Assembly: GCF_032064125.1 (NCBI RefSeq)
Contig: NZ_DAMBNZ010000012.1
Length of the DNA stretch: 64,000 nucleotides
DNA from: Lacrimispora sp.
GTDB taxonomy: Bacteria > Bacillota > Clostridia > Lachnospirales > Lachnospiraceae
Strand: one strand, 5' to 3'
Numbering within the stretch: the stretch's first letter is position 1; each line of letters starts with the position of its first letter. The position numbers were made by a program, and so were the translations under genes. Under the pieces are notes generated by a model, which searched no databases, was not told where the DNA came from, and saw only the letters and a list, made by a program, of their open reading frames with translations. Shown one piece after another: positions 10,700 through 20,513 of the stretch.

Positions 10700-11512
10700 T
10701 CATAAAGTATCTGCAAAAAATGGATACAGTCTATTATATATAAAAACACCTAAAACTAAAATTCCTAATGTTAATAGCCAAAAATATATTGTTTGATTAT
10801 ATTTCTGCCAAAACCAAATATGATTTATAAATGCATCTCTATATCCATCAACTAAGTAATATATTGGATTCAGCTTAAAGAAAAATTGAGTTTTTTCAGG
10901 AAATGTATTAGGAGACCAAGCTATTGGCGTTCCCCACATACCCATTAGTAATAATACACCTATAATTTGGTTTATATCTCGGAAAAAAACCATAATAGAA
11001 GAGGTTATTAAAGTCAAAGCAAATAGTAGAACTATAGTACAAAATAAATAATATATCACCTGAAGCATATAAACTGAAGGATAATATCCCAAAAATATAC
11101 ATACTATAGTTAATAAAGCTATAAAAAACAAATGGATAATGGCAGAAGATAAAACTTTAACCAATGGTAATATATTAATATTAAATACAACTTTTTTTAC
11201 CAGATAACTATACTCAATAAAGCTATTACTTGCCATAGAAAATGCTTCCGAAAAAAACAGCCAAGGTATTATTCCGCACATAAACCATAGCACAAAAGGA
11301 ATTTCACCTATGTCACCACTTTTAAATCCAAACTGAAATACCACCCAATACACAATCATTGTTAAAAGCGGCTGAATAAATCCCCACGCCATTCCAAAAA
11401 ATGATCCTGCAAATTTCCGTTTAAAATCGTTGATCGAAAATGACATTAATAGTTGTTTATCACTGTATATATCCTTAACCAAGCCAAATAACTTTCTTAT
11501 AATACGAAGCAT
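10700..11512 (-). CDS. wzm: ABC-2 type polysaccharide exporter permease (Wzm/TagG family)
   Basis: 270 aa with 6 predicted TM segments. Conserved N-terminal FKRKFAGSFFGMAWGFIQP block typical of the ABC-2 Wzm/TagG family. Paired with the ATPase gene. Confidence 0.85.
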   Translation of the reverse strand: MLRIIRKLFGLVKDIYSDKQLLMSFSINDFKRKFAGSFFGMAWGFIQPLLTMIVYWVVFQFGFKSGDIGEIPFVLWFMCGIIPWLFFSEAFSMASNSFIEYSYLVKKVVFNINILPLVKVLSSAIIHLFFIALLTIVCIFLGYYPSVYMLQVIYYLFCTIVLLFALTLITSSIMVFFRDINQIIGVLLLMGMWGTPIAWSPNTFPEKTQFFFKLNPIYYLVDGYRDAFINHIWFWQKYNQTIYFWLLTLGILVLGVFIYNRLYPFFADTL

Positions 11513-11516
11513 TTAG

Positions 11517-12629
11517 TTACCTCTTTTTCCAATCTAAAATAATTTTTGCAATTCGTTCACTAGCATGACCATCTCCATAAGGATTAACTGCCTTTGCCAT
11601 CTTCTCATATGCTTCATTGTTATCGAGTAATTCTTTTGCGTTCAGATAAATATCGTCTTCATTTACTCCTACCACTTTAACTGTACCTGCCTCAACAGCC
11701 TCTGGTCTCTCTGTTTCAGTACGCATCACAAGTACTGGAACGCCACAAGATGGTGCTTCCTCTTGCAATCCTCCAGAATCGGTCATTACTAAGTAACTTC
11801 TGCTCATTAGATTATGCATGTCTTCAACATCTATAGGCGGAATAAGAAATACATTCTTTGTCTCCCCAAGTATACTAGCAGCAGCTTCTCTTACAACTGG
11901 ATTTAAATGTACAGGGTAAACAACTAAAACATCCTTATATTCTTCTGCAATTCTTTTAACTGCCCTAAATATATTCTGCAATGGTTCTCCCAGATTTTCT
12001 CTTCTATGAGCTGTCATTAACACGACTCTTTTATCCTTCATATTAATGGTCTTTAACATCTCATCTTTGTAGATATAATCTTTCTTTACCGTTGTTTTAA
12101 ACGCATCAATTACTGTATTTCCAGTAACAAATACATTGTCGACAATATTCTCTTTTTCCAAATTTCTTTTATTACTAATTGTAGGGGCAAAATGAAATCC
12201 AGCAATTTTTCCAGTTAAATTTCGATTCATTTCTTCCGGAAAAGGAGAATATTTATTAAATGTTCTTAAGCCCGCTTCAACATGTCCGACGGGAATTTGC
12301 TGATAGAATGCCGCAAGGGCAACTACAAATGATGTAGAGGTATCTCCATGTACCAAAACAATATCAGGCTTTTCATCTAAAAATACCTTTTCCATTTTCT
12401 CTAATACATTTGTTGTAATTGTAGTCAATGTTTGTTTTGGTTTCATAATATCCAAATCAAGATCAACCTTAATATCAAAAATATTAATAACCTGGTCTAA
12501 CATCTCTCGATGTTGTCCCGTCAAGCACACTCTACTATCAATCTCAGGGTGTCTACACAGCTCCAGTACCAAAGGACACATTTTTATAGCTTCTGGTCTG
12601 GTTCCAAATACACTCATTACTTTTATCAT
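11517..12629 (-). CDS. mnaA: UDP-N-acetylglucosamine 2-epimerase (non-hydrolysing)
   Basis: N-terminus VMSVFGTRPEAIKMCPL, plus HVEAGLRT and DSGGLQEEAP blocks characteristic of WecB/MnaA. RBS GGAGG upstream. Confidence 0.9.
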   Translation of the reverse strand: MIKVMSVFGTRPEAIKMCPLVLELCRHPEIDSRVCLTGQHREMLDQVINIFDIKVDLDLDIMKPKQTLTTITTNVLEKMEKVFLDEKPDIVLVHGDTSTSFVVALAAFYQQIPVGHVEAGLRTFNKYSPFPEEMNRNLTGKIAGFHFAPTISNKRNLEKENIVDNVFVTGNTVIDAFKTTVKKDYIYKDEMLKTINMKDKRVVLMTAHRRENLGEPLQNIFRAVKRIAEEYKDVLVVYPVHLNPVVREAAASILGETKNVFLIPPIDVEDMHNLMSRSYLVMTDSGGLQEEAPSCGVPVLVMRTETERPEAVEAGTVKVVGVNEDDIYLNAKELLDNNEAYEKMAKAVNPYGDGHASERIAKIILDWKKR

Positions 12630-12631
12630 TT

Positions 12632-13852
12632 TTAATCCTCCATTTTTAGAAATTCAAGAATCTTATCTACCCTTGCTTCCCACGCATTTTCTAATGCTTC
12701 TTGCTCTAATTTTTTATAATACATATCTGTTTTATCTAATTTAGTCAAATATTTTACACGCTCAATAAATTCATCTGCATCTTCATAAGTTAATGCTGAC
12801 TCGTACCTTAGACACTCTGGCATTTTCGAAGTGACAATAGGTTTTCCACTAGCCATATATTCAAACAATTTTACAGGCGAGGTGGATTTCGTAACTTCAT
12901 TAATAACGAATGGTATTGTTTGTATATCAAATCCAGCTACAAAACTCGGAAGCCTATGATATGGCTGTGCAGGTATATGAATTATATTAGAAAGTTTTGC
13001 ATTCTTAATCACTTCAGAAGAGTGATCAAATTCATAACCGACCAATACAAACAACCAATCCTCTCGCCTCTTCGCCACTTCACATATCGTAGAATAATCA
13101 AACCAATATGCTAAGCAACCGTAATAGCCTATAACACAATCATATTTATCTATAATATCCACCAATTCTTTAGCTATAGGTGCATTCCTATTGTTTTTAA
13201 AAAATTCGTAATCTCCTGCATTTTCACTTAATATTGCTTTATCAGTATATTTTAAGGCAGTCTGATATAGCTTTGTTGCCGTACAAATAGTAATATCAGA
13301 TTGACTCATTAAGCTTCTATGAGTTTCTTCCATTTGCTCATTATAATAGTAAAATAATGACATATCATCTATATATTCATAAACTAATTTATCGTATTGA
13401 AATTTGCACAATAAATCTGCATGTCTTGTCCATGACATAAAAACGACTTTACTATTGGCATGTTGTAATAGCTTATCCAACTTATTAATAATTCTATTGG
13501 AAAATAGCCACAAACCATCATTCAAAACCTTATATATAGGAAAATTATCATACTCATATTGATCCGGTACAAAAAGAACCATAGTGTTTTGTCGTTTAGC
13601 TAATTCTGAAGCCATCTGATGGGGTCTTTGATAAAGCGGAATATTCCAATCAATACATGGAATAATAATATAAACATCTTTACCTTTAAATATATCAACT
13701 AACTGCAGTATAACTCTTTCAGCATACAGTTTTTCAATGACAATAGACGGTATTTTTTTAATTTCTTTATATATCTTATGAATAGTTTTCTTCAGTGTAT
13801 ATAATAATCCTTCTGATTTAAAATACATGATACTTTTTTTAATTAGACTCAT
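12632..13852 (-). CDS. Glycosyltransferase, GT-B fold (GT4-like)
   Basis: C-terminal STSPVKLFEYMASGKPIVTS motif typical of the GT4 family. Sits inside the glycan operon. Confidence 0.6.
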   Translation of the reverse strand: MSLIKKSIMYFKSEGLLYTLKKTIHKIYKEIKKIPSIVIEKLYAERVILQLVDIFKGKDVYIIIPCIDWNIPLYQRPHQMASELAKRQNTMVLFVPDQYEYDNFPIYKVLNDGLWLFSNRIINKLDKLLQHANSKVVFMSWTRHADLLCKFQYDKLVYEYIDDMSLFYYYNEQMEETHRSLMSQSDITICTATKLYQTALKYTDKAILSENAGDYEFFKNNRNAPIAKELVDIIDKYDCVIGYYGCLAYWFDYSTICEVAKRREDWLFVLVGYEFDHSSEVIKNAKLSNIIHIPAQPYHRLPSFVAGFDIQTIPFVINEVTKSTSPVKLFEYMASGKPIVTSKMPECLRYESALTYEDADEFIERVKYLTKLDKTDMYYKKLEQEALENAWEARVDKILEFLKMED

Positions 13853-13861
13853 TTTTATATC

Positions 13862-14932
13862 CTATTCTATAAATTCTAAAAATTTATCCTCTGCATGTTT
13901 GTCTTCTTGTAATACTTTACATTTAAAAGTATTACAACCCTCCAAAAACAACTGATCATCAAACGCTTCTATATAGCTTAATAATTTTACATATAAATCA
14001 TCTTTATTAATATCTACATCAAAACCCAAATTATATTCATTTACTACCTTAGCCAAATAAGTTCCACTCGATACAATAATTGGTTTCTTAAACAAGATAC
14101 AATCATATAACTTATTAGGAAGAGCCGTCTTAACAACTTGACTTTTTGATCCATATATTGAATTTATAAAATCTATATTTTTGTATATAGAAGGTTTTTC
14201 ATCATTTTGATATGCTGGCTTAAAACTAACATTACCTATAACATTTTTTTTGCAAAACTTCTCTAATTCGATACCTGTATGTGTCTTACCTACATATAAT
14301 AGTTGTATGTTAGATTTGTTTTTCAAATTATTTATGATTTTGCAATTCTCTGTATAGTATCTAATACCACCAACAAAACCAATTACTAATTTTGATTTAT
14401 TCAATTTTAATTGCGTAGTTTCTTCTTCTTTTTCTATATTAGATATATTATGAGTTAAGTATACCTTATTGCTATCGCTCAGCCAACTTTTAAAGCCCTC
14501 TGATGAAATAAATGTCAAGGCTGATTTCGATATCAATTTATCAACCCATATCTTATAAAGTTTAATATTTTCATATGTGAAGTCTCTTATATCTAGCAGA
14601 AACATATTAGGATATTTATTTAGTAAAAATCCAGATATAATTATGGCTGGCAAAGTGGTTAGCACAATAATTTTATCATAATTAATTGTTTTGAGTATAT
14701 TCAAGGTGAATCTTTTCCATTTATAAAAAGGAATTATTTTTGAAACCTTAGACTTTTTAATTTCACTTTTAAAAACATAGTAATTTTTAGGCATCGAATC
14801 CTTTGCTAGGGCATTTCTTCTGTCCCACAATATAACATCATACTCAATTTTATATTGTTTTAATAAACGTTCATATTTTAAAATATAGGGAATATTAATA
14901 TATTCATCATATGTAACAATACAAACTTTCAT
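13862..14932 (-). CDS. Putative glycosyltransferase, GT-B fold
   Basis: Starts with an MKVCIVT beta-strand as in Rossmann-type GT-B enzymes. Second-half motifs are VIGFVGG and LPNKLYDCILFKKPIIVS. The start is ambiguous: the track gives 14971, and I prefer the ATG at 14932. Confidence 0.5.
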   Translation of the reverse strand: MKVCIVTYDEYINIPYILKYERLLKQYKIEYDVILWDRRNALAKDSMPKNYYVFKSEIKKSKVSKIIPFYKWKRFTLNILKTINYDKIIVLTTLPAIIISGFLLNKYPNMFLLDIRDFTYENIKLYKIWVDKLISKSALTFISSEGFKSWLSDSNKVYLTHNISNIEKEEETTQLKLNKSKLVIGFVGGIRYYTENCKIINNLKNKSNIQLLYVGKTHTGIELEKFCKKNVIGNVSFKPAYQNDEKPSIYKNIDFINSIYGSKSQVVKTALPNKLYDCILFKKPIIVSSGTYLAKVVNEYNLGFDVDINKDDLYVKLLSYIEAFDDQLFLEGCNTFKCKVLQEDKHAEDKFLEFIE

Positions 14933-14988
14933 TCTTCTACTCACTTTCGCATTTACTAGGATAGCATACAATTTTCAAACATATAAGT

Positions 14989-15768
14989 TTATAAATACTT
15001 TCTTATTCCATGTGTCGCATAACACATAAAATAGAATATAGATTTTAGATATCCAAAACCCATATGTCGATATACTAGAAAGGTCATACGTGCAGATTTT
15101 ATCTTATTCCTCGACTTACTATTATTTGTAAGTCGATATTTCAAATAAGGTTCATTAATTCCACAAGCTCTTCTATATTTTTTTAATATTTTCAGCCATG
15201 TAGTATAGTCTTCATGAATCTCATCATTTCCCATAGGAAACTCTCTGGCTACTTCTGATGAAATAAGAACCGACGAACAATTAATGCTATTATGATGCAA
15301 AAGTGACTTGTATGTAATATGATTTCTCACCGAAATATATTTTCCTGTTGACTCACCATTAGGATAAACTAATTCCCTTCCAGTAGCACATAAAACTACA
15401 CCTGTTTTTTTCATAATCGATAATTGTTTGTCTAACTTTCCCTCTAGCCACCAATCATCAGCATCCAAATAAGCAATATAATCTCCTTTAGATTTACTTA
15501 CACCTAAATTACGAGATTTCGCCACCCCTAAATTCCTTTCGTTTTTTATATATACTACATTATTCAACGCTAGGTATTTATCCATAACAATATCCAAATT
15601 ATCACTTGAACAATCATCAATTACTATTATTTCAACTGAAACATTTTGCAAGAATACAGATTTAATTGCTGTATCTATATAATCGCTGGCATTATATGCA
15701 GGTATAATTACCGATACTGTAGGCATCTCCTCTATCGACTTAATTGTTTTACTACTTTTCTCAATCAC
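14989..15768 (-). CDS. Family 2 glycosyltransferase
   Basis: VSVIIPAYNASDYI, VIDDCSSDN and LDADD motifs. GTG start 7 nt after AGGGAG. Confidence 0.8.
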   Translation of the reverse strand: MIEKSSKTIKSIEEMPTVSVIIPAYNASDYIDTAIKSVFLQNVSVEIIVIDDCSSDNLDIVMDKYLALNNVVYIKNERNLGVAKSRNLGVSKSKGDYIAYLDADDWWLEGKLDKQLSIMKKTGVVLCATGRELVYPNGESTGKYISVRNHITYKSLLHHNSINCSSVLISSEVAREFPMGNDEIHEDYTTWLKILKKYRRACGINEPYLKYRLTNNSKSRNKIKSARMTFLVYRHMGFGYLKSIFYFMCYATHGIRKYL

Positions 15769-16045
15769 TTTTAAACTCCCTTTTAATTACTGTAGTCTAT
15801 CACTCTACTACACCTTCAGCATCCTCTGTTTATAGAGCATATGTTACATGGCAAATTTGTAGCTGCTTTAAAACCTATTATATTAAATAATATTCTTTTC
15901 GATAGCGGTGTAATGATGGTCATTACCATAGAAGGAACAAAGTTCAATGAATTATGATTTAATTCAAAAAAAAAGTGCTAAATCAGTATATTGAGATACT
16001 TTTCTGATTCCTTGATATGTGCCCCTAACCTAGAACTATTATAAT

Positions 16046-17386
16046 TTATTTCCTTGATTTAATTCCTTCCGTTGCCTCTTTCATAAACATAATCTTTGGA
16101 GTCATGAAAATGAGTTTTATATCTAATAGCATGGAATAATTACGAATATATGTTAAGTCTAATTTTAACTTATCATATGATGTTGTATTATACTTCCCAT
16201 AAATTTGTGCATAGCCGGTAAGACCTGCCTTCACCTTCGTTCTGTATGCAAATTCCGGTATTTCTTCAAGTATTTCTTTCACAAGCTCTGGTCGTTCTGG
16301 CCTGGGCCCCACTAAAGACATATCCCCCTTTAATATATTTAGTAACTGGGGAAGTTCATCCAATCTTAATCTCCTTAAAAAATGTCCAATAGGTAAAATT
16401 CTGGAATCTCCGTCTTCTGCCAATCGGGGAATTCCGTCTTGTTCCGCCTCCTGAATCATAGTGCGGAATTTATAAATATAAAAAATCTTATCATTCCTTG
16501 TTAATCTTGCCTGTTTAAAAAAAGCAGGGCCTTTATCTGTAATCTTAATAAGAAAAACTATAACAATGAACAGAGGTGCTGATATCACTATTCCCAACAA
16601 TGCACCTATAATATCCAGCATACGTTTAAAAAACAATTGTTCAATAGTCAATCCATCATTTCTTGATAAAAATAGCGGTGAGTCAAATAGATTTAATTCA
16701 ACCGAACTCTTTATTAAAACGTCTGATATTTTAGGAACACAATATGCACGTATTGAATTGGCAAAGCAATATTTTAGTAACATATTCCTTTCATGAGAGG
16801 CAATATCTCCAATAATAATCCCGTCATATTTTAATATTTCCTGTTGCAAAAAAGATAGTCCAGAATCAATATTTATTATCTTACATATTTCATACTTATC
16901 CTCCCTTGAATTAATTTTTTCAATAAGATGATAATCGGATCTACTTCCAGAAATTAGCAACATTTTCCTAGGAGGAAACATTTTGCTGTAAACATATTGA
17001 TAGATCAATGTCCAACATACAACTACTAAAAAATCCAAACCTGTCATTTTAAAAAGCTGAATAGGATTTAGAAAATGTTTATCTATTGCAACTATCTGTA
17101 AATATGTAAATACATTAGTAAAAACAACCGCTAAAATTTGAGAATAAATTAAATTCGCTTTTTTTAAATATCCAACTTTAAATCCTCCATATATACTAAT
17201 AAACAAAACAAGAATTACTCCATAAAGAAAAATCATCATCCAGTTTCCCCTACGGTAAAAAGGGTATTCAAGAATTTTGTTATAATGATTAGTCCACAAC
17301 CAACCATATATTCCTATTAACATTGATGTAAGTCCTAATGTAAAAAACAATTTAATAAGACGTTTGTACTTTTCATTTATCCTCAT
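16046..17386 (-). CDS. Polyprenyl-phosphate glycosylphosphotransferase (WbaP/CpsE/WsaP-type initiating enzyme)
   Basis: N-terminal TM bundle with a central nucleotide-binding-like segment. The C-terminal bacterial sugar transferase domain carries DELPQLLNILKGDMSLVGPRPERPE. Confidence 0.85.
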   Translation of the reverse strand: MRINEKYKRLIKLFFTLGLTSMLIGIYGWLWTNHYNKILEYPFYRRGNWMMIFLYGVILVLFISIYGGFKVGYLKKANLIYSQILAVVFTNVFTYLQIVAIDKHFLNPIQLFKMTGLDFLVVVCWTLIYQYVYSKMFPPRKMLLISGSRSDYHLIEKINSREDKYEICKIINIDSGLSFLQQEILKYDGIIIGDIASHERNMLLKYCFANSIRAYCVPKISDVLIKSSVELNLFDSPLFLSRNDGLTIEQLFFKRMLDIIGALLGIVISAPLFIVIVFLIKITDKGPAFFKQARLTRNDKIFYIYKFRTMIQEAEQDGIPRLAEDGDSRILPIGHFLRRLRLDELPQLLNILKGDMSLVGPRPERPELVKEILEEIPEFAYRTKVKAGLTGYAQIYGKYNTTSYDKLKLDLTYIRNYSMLLDIKLIFMTPKIMFMKEATEGIKSRK

Positions 17387-17607
17387 TATACAGCACCTTT
17401 ATCGTTTTAATAATATCCCAAAATTTATCTAAAGCTTTTTTAGTATACCACACTAATTACATTTCGTACATTCTACTATACCACAAAAAGAGCTGTTAGT
17501 TTTTAATATTTTATGAAGTTCTTGCCTTTATCACTATAAAATTCCAATAATATTATGTTTAAAATTATAAACATCCGCTTTTATAGAAAGATCAATAATG
17601 ATAACAT

Positions 17608-18650
17608 TTTTTCGCTAATTGTATAATAGCCCACTAGTAGACAGTAGTCAGTCAGATATGATATCAGATTGACTCTGAATTCTCTTTTTTTCAGATGCCC
17701 TATATTCATGTTAGCGCATTGTACCCCATTAGGTTCAAGCTACGATAGTGTCAAGACTTTTTCGCAAATTGTATTTCAACCGGCTATGATATCAGACTGG
17801 TTCTGGAGATCCAGTTCTTTTATATGCTCCATATTCATGTACTGTTTTCTGCTCCAATGGGTTCCAGCTACGCGTCGCAGTCTGGCACAAATAAGCATTT
17901 AAAGCACTTTGCCCGTCTGGGAAAGCACTAATTGACTGGGTTCTTCGTTTGATTTCCCTATTAAGTCTCTCGATGGTGGTGTTGGTGCGAATTCTAATCC
18001 AGTGTTGGCTGAGAAAAGCCATGTATGTAAGTGTTTCTTCAATTCTGTCTTCCACCTTTTTGGCAGCCGAAGTTAATTTCATCTTGCGAAGTTTATCAAC
18101 TACTTGTTCTGCTTTATCCTTTGCAGATGCCTTGCACTCTTGAGCATGAATAGCCTTTAGCAACATAGAGACTTCCTTTATCTTGTTACGAGGAGTGACC
18201 GAAAATATATTACGATAGAAGTGAACCATACATCTTTGATACTTTGCATCTGGAAATACTTCTGGTATAGATTCGAGCATACCAAGGCATTTATCACTGA
18301 TAGTTAGGCGTACTCCCGTCAGACCGCTTTCTTATAACCAGACAAAGAATGTCCTCCAGATTTCACGATCTTCTTTCATGCCTTCCGCTGCGGCGATAGC
18401 GTTCAATGATTGCAGTTTCAAACTGAACACCCTTTAACTATGGAATCTTTAATTTGACTTCCCCGGCTGTGGTTTGAAAGTTCCTGCTATAATGGCCAGA
18501 ACGATATCATTTGCGGTCACCGTGACGTTCATCCTTTTCATCATTAACGAGTTCCTCTGCTTTATGATACAGTAAGGTATTGAGGGTTTCCTCACGCTGT
18601 TGCGCACTAAATTTTTAGATTCGTTATGGATATGTTCCTAGTTTAACTGC
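17608..18650 (-). pseudogene. IS256-family (Mutator-type) transposase remnant with internal deletion, stops and a tandemly duplicated 3' end
   Basis: The 162-aa ORF (17792-18280) contains the YQRCMVHFYRN and TNTIERLNREIKRRT blocks of IS256 transposases. Upstream fragments (EVKLKIP, FETAIIERYRRS) are out of frame and the central region is missing. About 149 bp of the 3' end occurs twice (17608-17756 and 17757-17900). Confidence 0.7.
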
Positions 18651-18988
18651 ATAATCTTATCAGACATATTGTATGGCCTTTTTGGTGAGATTTGATTGTG
18701 GTGACTTTATTTTACCAAACGTCTATAGAACATATCTATTTTTATGAAATTAAATTTGCAAAATTAATTATACCTCATCAAAATTACTATGGTCGAGTGA
18801 AAGAACATCTTGCAGCTCTATGAGATTTTATTAATTCAGCATATTTTAAAGACCAACACAATGTGCTGGTCCTATTTTGATGTGATTTTTTTCAAATTAA
18901 CTTTTTAAAAAATATTGACCAATTATTTGCAAGCTACATTTTTTTTATTTTATAATATAAATCTCTATTTTACAGAGAAACTTTCACA

Positions 18989-20457
18989 TGCGGGGGTACG
19001 GACAATTTCTTAGACAGGCTAAGCCGTCAATCCTAGATCTTGTCTATACTCCCTTGGGCTCATATTTCCTAGTGATTGTTTGATCCTCTTTCGGTTATAC
19101 CATATTAGATAATCATTTAGGTTGTCAATGAATTTTTGGATGCTCACACCTGTCCAATCCCGATGATAGAACATTTCATTTTTTAGTCGGCCAAACAGGC
19201 CTTCACATGCAGCATTATCTGGAGAACAGCCTTTCTTGGACATAGAACGTTTTAACCCTGCTTTTTCCATTCTTTTAATCCAGCCAGGCCATCGGTAATG
19301 ACAACCTCTGTCGGAGTGGATGATTGGATGTTCGTATTTATTCAACTGAGAGATCGCCTGGTCTAACATACGATTTACCAAAGATGAATCTGGAGCAATT
19401 CCAATCATTCAACATGGGAGCATACCATCAAAGCAGTCTACAATCGATGAAAGATATATCTTTCCAATAGGAATAGCGAACTCTGTGATATCAGTAAGCC
19501 ATTTTTCATTTGGCTTGTTCGCATGGAAATCTCTTTGTATCAGATTTGATACGGAAGGTGATATTTCCCCCTGATACGAATTGTAATTTTTTCTCTTTCT
19601 GGTTTTTATCACCAAGTCTTCTTCCTGCATGATTCTACGTACTATTTTCTCAGAAACAGTAATGCCCTCTCTTTTTAGTGATCCATGTATTCTCCTGTAC
19701 CCATAACACCTTTTGTTTTCATTAAAAAGTGCGACAATCTTTTTACAGATGTTATCATATTTATCCTTCTGTCGAAAGACTGCTTTTTGATAATAATAAC
19801 CGCTTCTTGGAAAATTAAGTAGCTTTAATAGTATTGGCAGTGAATATCTATGTTTCAGAGCATCAACTATCACTGCCTTCTCTCTGTTTTTGAGAGCTGT
19901 CTGGTCGATGCCCGGATCTTTTTTTAGAACATTGATAGTTCCCTTTAATAGATTAATTTCCAGTTGCATATCTTTAATCTGGGCTTGAATTTGTCCAATG
20001 TCTGGAGTGAATAATGAGGTTGTACCTTCTGTGAGTGTGCCTGGTTTTATATTTTTATCATTCATCAATGCAGTAGTCCCTCCTTGAAGATATCTTTTTC
20101 GCCAGGTATAGATACTAGCCCTAGTATAACCATTGCTTTCTGATACTAATTTTATACTTTCTCCTAGTTCAAAGAAACGATGAATTGCATTCATTTTTAC
20201 TTCAAGAGATGGATTTCTAGAGTGATTCATAGTATTGATATTACACAGATCTTTTCTGGGAGACTTTTGCGAACCTTCATCTTTAATCTATGTGTATAGA
20301 GCTCTTCTAGTAGGATAGCCTAACATACAGGTTGTTTTGGTCACAGATTCACACTGGTGATAAGTTTTCAATGCAGTGATAATTTGTTCTTGAGTATACA
20401 TACTTATTTAGCTCCTCTCAGAGCCTTAGAGAGTCCAGCTTTTTGTCCGCACCCCCT
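18989..20457 (-). mobile_element. IS3-family insertion sequence with recognisable terminal inverted repeats
   Basis: The ends are tgcgggggtacggacaa (18989-19005) and ttgtccgcaccccc (20443-20456), an imperfect inverted pair. The ~1.47 kb length is typical of IS3 elements. Inside is a transposase frame with an HTH, a leucine-zipper-like segment and an rve/DDE core. Confidence 0.8.
19019..20401 (-). pseudogene. IS3-family transposase, one 461-codon frame broken by two in-frame nonsense codons
   Basis: The ATG at 20401 is in frame with the 273-aa and 129-aa ORFs. A TAG lies at 20288-20290, where ALYT*IKDEG suggests a lost Trp codon. A TGA lies at 19406-19408 (FDGMLPC*MIGIAP). The C-terminal part carries an integrase core motif (HSDRGCHY). 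Confidence 0.7.
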
Positions 20458-20513
20458 ACTCATAATATCCATTACGTATCTTGATTTTTTATTTTCCTCA
20501 TATCAATTATTTT

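Noticed and set aside
9311-11512. Alternative reading of the Wzm/Wzt pairs as TagG/TagH wall teichoic acid exporters.
   Set aside because: Not fully excluded. However, no TagB/TagF-type CDP-glycerol/ribitol phosphotransferases or TarI/J/TagD genes are present. Both ATPases carry Wzt_C-like soluble C-terminal domains, and both loci encode methyltransferase/coiled-coil/GT polymerases typical of capped polysaccharide pathways.
19406-19408. In-frame TGA in the IS3 transposase as selenocysteine or programmed readthrough.
   Set aside because: No SECIS-like hairpin is evident immediately downstream. A second nonsense codon (TAG) occurs in the same frame, and all neighbouring IS elements are decayed, so pseudogenisation is the simpler explanation.
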